From a virus (lineage: Duplodnaviria > Caudoviricetes), in the IMG/VR virus record IMGVR_UViG_3300037515_000879, positions 18,258 to 82,257 of that record: DNA of 64,000 nt. One strand, given 5' to 3'. Within the stretch, counting starts at the first letter, position 1; every line of letters begins with the position of its first letter. Shown here in pieces: positions 53,590 through 61,362 of the stretch. The position numbers were made by a program, and so were the translations under genes. The notes under the pieces were generated by a model. The model saw nothing but the letters and a program-made list of their open reading frames with translations, made no database searches and was not told the DNA's origin.

Positions 53590-56500
53590 TTATTGATGGC
53601 TGTATCTCAAAAAATTCAATACCGCCAGAATATCCACTTTGTTTTTTTTAAGGCTTTGTGCCGTAATTTCTATATATACCCAATTTCCCCTAATATCTGA
53701 AATATTGAATTTTTCGTTGGTTTCATTTATCATTGGAACGGTATGTATGCCTTCCCTAATTTTGTACCAATTATGAGTGCCTTTGATTGTTCTATCATAT
53801 CCAAGATCTGATTTTCCAAAGATACATTTAATTGGATAGTCTAAATTAGTAATTAATCCGCAATTTTTGTATTGGATGACTTTTCCAAGTTCAGCGCCAA
53901 TATAAAAACCAAGGATAAGATTTGTTTGTACATTGAAAAAATTAAGTATATCTCCAGTATTTAATTGATGTAATTCTTTGCTTAAAACATCATTTTCAAT
54001 AGTCGTGCGTATTGGAGAGTATATTTTTTCATCAAACATTATAAAAATATCATTGTCATATTCTTTTGGGAATTCACCATTGAATTTTTTGAAAAGTTCA
54101 TTATATGACAACATGAAATTATTGTTTTTCTTGGTACGGATGCGAATACATGTTTCTTTGTTTTCATGGTCAAAATAAGCTTCAGTATCTACAATTGGAT
54201 CGGTTTTGAATTTGTTGAAATATTCAAGATGCAAAAGGTTTTCAAATAATAAAGGCTGTTTGATTTTTATAAATTCAACTTTTCTTTCATCAAAGAAACA
54301 AAATCCATAATCACTTTCAACAACAGCTCGTCGTATGGATGTTCCATAGCTACTCAATACTTTATGACCATCAACAACTGTTCCTGAACCTTGTTGTAAA
54401 TTTATTGGAGATCCTTCGGAATCACTTATAATACGGTCTGTTCCGATATATAGTAATGAGGTTTGTTGTTCTTGAATAGCAAAGACCTCTTCTTGTTCTT
54501 TTACCAAATTTGAAATATATCCCTTGTTTTTTTCAAGTTGTGCATAAAAATTATTTGGCTTGAACATTGTCCAGGAATCAAAATATTCACCGGCAAGCTT
54601 AACATCGGAAACAGCAATGATATGTTCCTGATTTGGATCGTCCTTAAATTTAAATGGTTTTGGAACGTAGGATTTTACATTATTTTCATTGAAATAGGCT
54701 TCATTGATGATTTCTCCTCTTGCAATTTCAAAATTATGTGTTGAGGTTTCTTTATAAGCCTCATATTCATAAGTCATTTTTGGTTCTACTTGACTTTCCA
54801 GAACCACCACATATATCCAAGCACCGTTTCTTGTCCAGCATTTTATTTCTCCTTTTGCTCTTGCACCACCGGCATTGTCATATTCTCTTTCAATAATTTC
54901 GTCATCGCCAAAATCATTTTTCAACCTGATATTAAGGGTTACAAAAACATCAGCACCAACATCAAATATTCGAGCATTGTTACTTGATTTTAAAGTTGGT
55001 ATTGTTCTGCTTAAAGGTATATATGTATTTTTGGAATAAGCTTCAACAGAACGTCCACCAAATACAGAACTTCTATTGTTTCTAAATATATTTATCAACG
55101 GAATGGTATCATAGACTTTTCCAAACGTAGATCCACCTAATCTGATATGTGTGTTTATAGTTGGAATTACTAAAGGCCCTGTAAATTCACTCGTAAACAA
55201 ATCTTCAGATGTTTTTATAAATGTGCTCTTATAACCTGGAGAAGTCATGGCCGCATGAAATATTTCTGCATTGGCTCTACCGTCCTGAAGTTTAAAATCC
55301 CTTGCGTATGCAGAATAATACCATGGCTGGGTTGGTAAACAAAAAGTATTGTTGGACACATCATTTTCAAGGTCAAAAGCTGAACCTGAAATGATTTCTC
55401 CATATCCAAGAGTTTCAGCCTTATCAATATTTATCAATTTGTTTGTAGGAGTATAATTGGCAAATACTGATACATTGATAAAATGATTTTCAACGGTAAC
55501 ATTATAGGTGTCCTCGTTTGCGTTTTGTGGAAGATTTTCAGAATGGTTGTTTCCCTCTATTTGATCTTCCAATATTTTTCTTGAAAATTTCGGATAGATT
55601 TCATCACCTGTATTTGTTGTATCGGTGTTTCCTGTGGCAAGCAATCCACCGCGTTCACGTATAACTGCTGGAGTATGATCAGTATTCAATTTTGCCAAAA
55701 CGTTTATTTGTGATGTTTTTACATATTGATCAGAGATTTTATTGAAATAAAGATCTGGAGAATCAAAATACATTAAAGCCCTATGACACATAACGCGTTG
55801 TGGCGAATCTGTTCCTGTATATTGATTGTTTTCGCCATAATTGTCATAATTTTCCAATGCTGGTTTTTCATATGTTGGGCCACCATAATAAGGAATAATC
55901 CATTTATTGGTAACGGCAGAAGGCATTTCGTGCTGTTCGCTTCCGTTGTGTTGAACTCTTTCCAATGGAGCTGAAATGCCTTGGCATAAAATGGTTCGGT
56001 TGTCTTCAGTACGCTCAACATAAACTATTTGATCCATTGGAATCAATTGTTGTAGTTCACAACTTAAACGAATTTCAATATGCATTTTTATTCCATGTCC
56101 GTAAAGAACACCATTTTCAACACTTTGGTTTACATAAAGATCGCTTGTTATAATAGCGTTTCCGGAATCATCAATTTCAGATTTTAAATCTCCAAGATTT
56201 GGAATCATGACATCACCAAGTGGTATAGTAAAAAAACGTGTGGAATCATTATTGTATGCTTGATATCCAAGCCTATAAATTTCACCTTTCATACAATATT
56301 TTTCCAATGATGGCGTATGATAATCCAAAAGCTTGCCAGATCCATTGTATATTGAAGTTGCCTGATTTAACAATGGTTTTTTAAATTCTCGATAGGTTAT
56401 GCGTATTCCTGTTCCAGAATTAAATCCTATGGACTGTGCTCCAAAAACAAGATTATTGGTATTTATTGCTATTGGAAAAAACTCTATATTATTGTCAAAA

Positions 56501-58245
56501 TTTTCAATGAACTGACTATTATTGGATTCAAACACATATTTCGACATATCTGTTTGAATCATATTATCGGTTGGAGAAAATAGAATTTGTCCAAGCGCAT
56601 TAGAAATAATAAGATTTGGAAAATAGGTTGAAAAATTTACATTATTGGTCTGTTCATTCAAAAGCCATTCCAAAACCTGTTTTATGATATTTGTATAATT
56701 TGTAATTGATAAGGTATTCAACAAAAGTTCTATTTCATTTGAAGTCTCTGTATTTTTTAATTTTAATGTAAGTGGACCAAAAGAGGATATTGTTCTATAA
56801 ACTTTTTCTTTTACATATATAAGTTCATCGGTATTTGATGGATCTATATAGCGATAATTCCAAGGTTCAGGATTGATAAGACAATTATGGGTAGATCCAT
56901 CGCTTTTCCAAGAATGTAGTGGAAACAAATATTCAAGATTGTTGATTTCGGTCGGAAGAGGTTGGTTTCTTAATCCTCCAGCAATCAATTTGTTTTTTTT
57001 TGAGGAAAAATCATTGCAGTATTTCCAAGTGTTCTTAAAATCTATAATATCATTATAAGTAATATTGTCTGCAAATTCAGGTTCGTTTCCAAAATGCGTA
57101 AATTGAACAACGGCACCAACAGATTTTTTACCAAGGTTTCTAATCGCTGTTGGCGGGCCAAGAGCTTCATATTCCAAGGCAATACATTCTATTTCTGAAC
57201 TTGGATCAAAAGATGTAAGGTTACATTTTATTTTTACGGCACTTCCCGTTTTTTCCCCAATGGACCCACCTCTAAATTTTATGGCTTCTTTTTCTGCCAA
57301 TATATAAACAAATAAAGATGCCGGTGAAAATTCACTGACCTGTCCATTTTCAGAAATAATCCTATATACATATAACGCTTTCATTGCATTTAACTGACCG
57401 CCATCGATAATTGAATCAATTTCTGGCTGCAGCAATACGTTGTTTAGAATTTGTTCAAATTCATTTGGTAAACGGTAAGCAAGTTTTGAATCTTTTAAGT
57501 TTACCACACGCCTAACATTGATGGCATCGGTATAATAAACTCTTTTATAGAATTCATTTTCATCAACACCTTCAGTTGTTATTTTTCCATTGATTGGCCA
57601 ATTTTGCCATCCTACCCAGCGCAATGTTCCTGAAAGGTTTTGATTATCATCATATTTCAATGTAATAAGACAATCATCGTAATCAATATTGTTGACCGGA
57701 ATTTCGTCAAGATTAAGGCTACATACGGTTTTGTTTGAAACATTTGCGTTTTCAGAATAATAATCATCAAGATTTACATTTACAATGTTATCGTCAAGAC
57801 ATGTAAAATTTTCTTCAAAATTTGTTGGGTTAATAGGTGGCAAAAATTCCTGATATGAGGTTTCCTCAATACTACTATTATCACTTAATTCATTGATTAT
57901 AGCAACTGGAGCATTTGTTGTTGAGGGATTTGAAATGGTAAACGAATTTGCGTTGATAATGGTTTTATAAACAGTCTGTGTAGATCCACCAAGACTTGTT
58001 CCTTTTATACATTTGGCAAACACCAATATTTCATCTTTAAAAGAATGGGAACCAATATATTTTACGATGTTTATGTTTTCATAGATAAGTTTTGTGCCAG
58101 CACCACCGGAAAAAGAAACAACCCCGTTTTTGGAATATAGCCTTCCACCAATCCCTTTTTGATAGGTATTTTTCTTTTCGATATTGTCTGTTAGATCGAT
58201 AGAATATCCGCCTTCTAATGTCCTGACATCCTTAAAATTTATCAT
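53590..58245 (-). CDS. Tail stabilisation / nozzle protein (crAss-like, P22 gp10-related), 1551 aa
   Basis: RVYYTDA.N..R..N, Y.Y.YR.....G..S.FSP, MKGEIYRLG, YGTS, ..LSYNE..K.F; beta-rich. Confidence 0.7.
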   Translation of the reverse strand: MINFKDVRTLEGGYSIDLTDNIEKKNTYQKGIGGRLYSKNGVVSFSGGAGTKLIYENINIVKYIGSHSFKDEILVFAKCIKGTSLGGSTQTVYKTIINANSFTISNPSTTNAPVAIINELSDNSSIEETSYQEFLPPINPTNFEENFTCLDDNIVNVNLDDYYSENANVSNKTVCSLNLDEIPVNNIDYDDCLITLKYDDNQNLSGTLRWVGWQNWPINGKITTEGVDENEFYKRVYYTDAINVRRVVNLKDSKLAYRLPNEFEQILNNVLLQPEIDSIIDGGQLNAMKALYVYRIISENGQVSEFSPASLFVYILAEKEAIKFRGGSIGEKTGSAVKIKCNLTSFDPSSEIECIALEYEALGPPTAIRNLGKKSVGAVVQFTHFGNEPEFADNITYNDIIDFKNTWKYCNDFSSKKNKLIAGGLRNQPLPTEINNLEYLFPLHSWKSDGSTHNCLINPEPWNYRYIDPSNTDELIYVKEKVYRTISSFGPLTLKLKNTETSNEIELLLNTLSITNYTNIIKQVLEWLLNEQTNNVNFSTYFPNLIISNALGQILFSPTDNMIQTDMSKYVFESNNSQFIENFDNNIEFFPIAINTNNLVFGAQSIGFNSGTGIRITYREFKKPLLNQATSIYNGSGKLLDYHTPSLEKYCMKGEIYRLGYQAYNNDSTRFFTIPLGDVMIPNLGDLKSEIDDSGNAIITSDLYVNQSVENGVLYGHGIKMHIEIRLSCELQQLIPMDQIVYVERTEDNRTILCQGISAPLERVQHNGSEQHEMPSAVTNKWIIPYYGGPTYEKPALENYDNYGENNQYTGTDSPQRVMCHRALMYFDSPDLYFNKISDQYVKTSQINVLAKLNTDHTPAVIRERGGLLATGNTDTTNTGDEIYPKFSRKILEDQIEGNNHSENLPQNANEDTYNVTVENHFINVSVFANYTPTNKLINIDKAETLGYGEIISGSAFDLENDVSNNTFCLPTQPWYYSAYARDFKLQDGRANAEIFHAAMTSPGYKSTFIKTSEDLFTSEFTGPLVIPTINTHIRLGGSTFGKVYDTIPLINIFRNNRSSVFGGRSVEAYSKNTYIPLSRTIPTLKSSNNARIFDVGADVFVTLNIRLKNDFGDDEIIEREYDNAGGARAKGEIKCWTRNGAWIYVVVLESQVEPKMTYEYEAYKETSTHNFEIARGEIINEAYFNENNVKSYVPKPFKFKDDPNQEHIIAVSDVKLAGEYFDSWTMFKPNNFYAQLEKNKGYISNLVKEQEEVFAIQEQQTSLLYIGTDRIISDSEGSPINLQQGSGTVVDGHKVLSSYGTSIRRAVVESDYGFCFFDERKVEFIKIKQPLLFENLLHLEYFNKFKTDPIVDTEAYFDHENKETCIRIRTKKNNNFMLSYNELFKKFNGEFPKEYDNDIFIMFDEKIYSPIRTTIENDVLSKELHQLNTGDILNFFNVQTNLILGFYIGAELGKVIQYKNCGLITNLDYPIKCIFGKSDLGYDRTIKGTHNWYKIREGIHTVPMINETNEKFNISDIRGNWVYIEITAQSLKKNKVDILAVLNFLRYSHQ

Positions 58246-58246
58246 A

Positions 58247-58618
58247 TTATTTAAGTATTAACATAAGTACAATTGTTGCGACACCTACACCGCCTGTAAA
58301 AAGTGTTTTTGCCTTTTCCTTTCTTAATGCCTTATTTTGAACATTGACCTGATCTCTCCATGTTTGAATTTGGGATTCCAAATTAAAAATCAATTTATCT
58401 TTTGTCATTAATTGCTGTTGGTGCAAAGAATCTATTTTTTCATATTGCAGCAACAATTGATTTTTTAAATCAATTTCAATAAGAATGGCATTATAACTTT
58501 TAATGGTTGATACTATTTCCACTTTTTGCTCTCGGTTTAAACCTGTGATTTGAGAGTATGCTGTCAAGCTTATGTTCAGAATAAGTAGAAACGATACCAG
58601 GTATTTCGTCAGTCTCAT
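58247..58618 (-). CDS. Spanin-like partner (signal peptide, coiled coil, C-terminal TM)
   Basis: Overlaps the upstream TM/coiled-coil gene by about 120 nt, as Rz/Rz1 pairs do. Confidence 0.45.
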   Translation of the reverse strand: MRLTKYLVSFLLILNISLTAYSQITGLNREQKVEIVSTIKSYNAILIEIDLKNQLLLQYEKIDSLHQQQLMTKDKLIFNLESQIQTWRDQVNVQNKALRKEKAKTLFTGGVGVATIVLMLILK

Positions 58619-58862
58619 GTTCTTGTGTTTTTAGTTCTTCTTTAATTTTTATTGTTTTCCAACGTATTTTTGGTTCCAATTTGGATAAACTATCATTTAT
58701 AAACCTTAATTTGGCTTCTTCCATCAATATGATATCTCTTTCATTTTTAATGGTTTTTATTTCCTTTTTATAATTGGATGATGAAAAATACCATAATCCG
58801 ACAACAATAAAGTTTATTATAATAAGCACTATGATCGATATTAAATATTTATTGTTTGTCAT
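58500..58862 (-). CDS. Inner-membrane spanin-like protein
   Basis: N-terminal TM (YLISIIVLIIINFIVVGLWYF) plus coiled coil; start MTNNK. Confidence 0.5.
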   Translation of the reverse strand: MTNNKYLISIIVLIIINFIVVGLWYFSSSNYKKEIKTIKNERDIILMEEAKLRFINDSLSKLEPKIRWKTIKIKEELKTQEHETDEIPGIVSTYSEHKLDSILSNHRFKPRAKSGNSINH

Positions 58863-59008
58863 TTTAATTTTTCTCTTTTTTGGTATTTCATAATCCACAA
58901 ACGTACTTGGGATTCTGTTGGTTTATTGTTTTGAAATAAATCAAAATAGGCCATGCATATCATATTGGCATCCCTTCGTTCTTTTCTATTTAAAAAAAAT
59001 TCTACCAT
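58859..59008 (-). CDS. 49-aa protein in the lysis cassette (not in ORF track)
   Basis: MVEFFLNRKERRDANMICMAYFDLF...; overlaps the endolysin stop and the next ATG (ATGA). Confidence 0.5.
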   Translation of the reverse strand: MVEFFLNRKERRDANMICMAYFDLFQNNKPTESQVRLWIMKYQKREKLK

Positions 59009-59586
59009 TCTTTTAATAATGCGTAATCAACAGGTTTCATTCGTTTCCAAGTGGCATTAATCATATTTTTATAATCACTCATTCTGTTCCAAACCTGACA
59101 GGCAAAAGACCATCCATTGATATTTTCTTTTATTATTTCACTAAAAGGATCATAGTCCACCCCGTGCATATTGGCCCAAATAATATCATAATAAAGCTTA
59201 CCTTGTTCTTCAATTTTTTGATCTTTATCGGAATCACGATAAAAATATATAGGCTTGTTTTGTCTTAAGGCTTTCATTTTTCCTTTATGAAGACCTGGTA
59301 AAAAACAATCCTGTACAAATTGGTTTGTTTTCCAAACCGCAGCTCCATCAAGTCCATATTTTTCAAAATTCATTAATGCAGTGCTTCCGGCGTTTGTAGT
59401 GCCTGTACTCCACATAATGAAACTTGGACCGTCAAATACATAGAATTTGTCATCAAATTGATTAAAGGCATCTTCCAATGATTGTACGCCAACAACCAAA
59501 TATTTTCCAATATTTGGAATTTTTCCACCAATAGCTTCAACTTTTTCAAGAAGCTCTTTGTCTTTATAGGTTCTTACATTATTCAT
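59002..59586 (-). CDS. Putative endolysin, L,D-transpeptidase (YkuD)-like catalytic motif
   Basis: NQFDD...TTNAG...GLHKG...YRD.DKD...NMH...GWSFACQV; between holin-like and spanin-like genes. Confidence 0.6.
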   Translation of the reverse strand: MNNVRTYKDKELLEKVEAIGGKIPNIGKYLVVGVQSLEDAFNQFDDKFYVFDGPSFIMWSTGTTNAGSTALMNFEKYGLDGAAVWKTNQFVQDCFLPGLHKGKMKALRQNKPIYFYRDSDKDQKIEEQGKLYYDIIWANMHGVDYDPFSEIIKENINGWSFACQVWNRMSDYKNMINATWKRMKPVDYALLKEW

Positions 59587-59719
59587 TGTTTATGGTATTT
59601 AAATTGATTTTTAATTTATTTTTTAAAATTGTCTTTATTTGAAACATTTGTACGGCATTTAACATATCAATACTGTCTCGACGTTTTAATGATTTCAATG
59701 TTTTTTTTTTTGACAAATT

Positions 59720-59989
59720 TCATAAATCTTCGTCTCCTGGTTTAATTTTAAAATCTTTTTTATTTCCTTTATAAGCCACAACACCATCAACAAGAGCTTG
59801 TGATCCAATATATATTTCAGCTATTCGTACCCAGTTTTCAGGATCTATATGCTTAAAAATCACAAATGCTGTGGCAATAAAAAAAACCATCAGCTTCTTG
59901 CTCATTGCTTTTCCCAATATTAAATCTGCAAGCGGAACCACTGTTTTTTTGTGAAAAAAATCTGCTCCATTTTTTATTAATGTTTTCAT
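59720..59989 (-). CDS. Holin-like membrane protein (89 aa)
   Basis: Two TM segments and a charged C-terminus, upstream of the endolysin. Confidence 0.55.
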   Translation of the reverse strand: MKTLIKNGADFFHKKTVVPLADLILGKAMSKKLMVFFIATAFVIFKHIDPENWVRIAEIYIGSQALVDGVVAYKGNKKDFKIKPGDEDL

Positions 59990-59990
59990 G

Positions 59991-60986
59991 TTACAAATTT
60001 GTTAATAATTGTAAAATTTGAGAACCACTTACAAGTCCTGGATCGTTATTTATACTATTCAATTGAATATTGATATTTCCAATAGCTGGATCATTGGTTT
60101 CCATAACAATAAAGTTTTTAATATTGATATTTCCATTACCGAACTTATCAAGTTCCAATATGGCATTTATAACAATATTTTCATATTCCTCAAATTCTTG
60201 AGAACCAAAATTTATGGATACATTATTATATGCGTTAAGGGATAAGAAATCTGAATTTATTGTTATTGTGAGTTCTGCAGTTCCAAAGGCATGACCGGAA
60301 GAAACCTCAACAATAAAAGATTCTTCTTTTACAGTATAATTTGTTATGATTCCACCATTGTCAAAATCATCATTATAAATCAATAGCGATGGTCCAAACA
60401 AAATGGAAAGTATTGCGGCACTCACAATATTCAATTGAAGACTATAATTTACTGGCGTTATTTCGTTGCTGTTTCCAACTTTATAAACTAATAAGAAATA
60501 AGGGTTTCCACCACCTTCGGAAAGAGCAGTGAATATAGTATATAACAAATCTGTTGTTTTTAATCTTTGTCCAACAGATATTAAATTTCCGTTTAATTTC
60601 AATTCAAAAACACCTGTCATGGAAATTATGTCTATAAACTCAACAGTATCGTTCAATGGCAATATATCCAGTAAATTTACAACATCAAGATTGTTGATAA
60701 CTTGGTTGACATCAACAGATAATGGATCTGCAGAAATACCAATCCAAGAAAGGTTTCCGTTTGCCACATTGCTTGAAATGTTATTAACATTATCATGTGT
60801 TTTCCATTTGAATTTTGTTAATAACGCAATGTTGTTGAATTCCGGTTTTCTTTCAAAAGACAATAATGATTGATTTGCAATTGGATATAATGTGTTCAAT
60901 GCAATTCCTACACCATTTATTTTTGAATCAATAATATTTGGGTCTGGCAATTCCGTTATTGAAAAATGTGTTATCGATCCGGCCAT
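59991..60986 (-). CDS. Virion structural protein (331 aa)
   Basis: Ile/Asn-rich beta protein in the tail block. Confidence 0.55.
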   Translation of the reverse strand: MAGSITHFSITELPDPNIIDSKINGVGIALNTLYPIANQSLLSFERKPEFNNIALLTKFKWKTHDNVNNISSNVANGNLSWIGISADPLSVDVNQVINNLDVVNLLDILPLNDTVEFIDIISMTGVFELKLNGNLISVGQRLKTTDLLYTIFTALSEGGGNPYFLLVYKVGNSNEITPVNYSLQLNIVSAAILSILFGPSLLIYNDDFDNGGIITNYTVKEESFIVEVSSGHAFGTAELTITINSDFLSLNAYNNVSINFGSQEFEEYENIVINAILELDKFGNGNINIKNFIVMETNDPAIGNINIQLNSINNDPGLVSGSQILQLLTNL

Positions 60987-60987
60987 T

Positions 60988-61362
60988 TTAATTGTTTATT
61001 AATAAATCATCTATAAAATTAATGGAAAATTCATAATCGGTATTTTCATCAGCATTTGGCTGTCCTATAAATTTTGGAAACAGTCCTGCTATGTATTGTT
61101 TTTTTGGGTTGAATTGGCTATATTCATTATATGGCCATGAAACATTTACATCAATTTCTGTAGATCCTGGAGGCCCTGTAAAAGTTACATTTCCCAATGA
61201 ATATTTTTTTAAGAACAAAAGACCATCGGAATCTTCACGTTTGGCCTTGATCACAAATATAACATCAGAAATATCATCAATCGTCTTGTCGTAATAATTT
61301 TCGAGTGATAATGTAAAATTTAGATCGTTGTTGTCGCCTATTTTTCTTTCTATGATTTGCAT
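60988..61362 (-). CDS. Small Ig-like/BppU-like structural or assembly protein (124 aa)
   Basis: GD......L.......I.D....F.IK..........K pattern. Confidence 0.5.
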   Translation of the reverse strand: MQIIERKIGDNNDLNFTLSLENYYDKTIDDISDVIFVIKAKREDSDGLLFLKKYSLGNVTFTGPPGSTEIDVNVSWPYNEYSQFNPKKQYIAGLFPKFIGQPNADENTDYEFSINFIDDLLINN

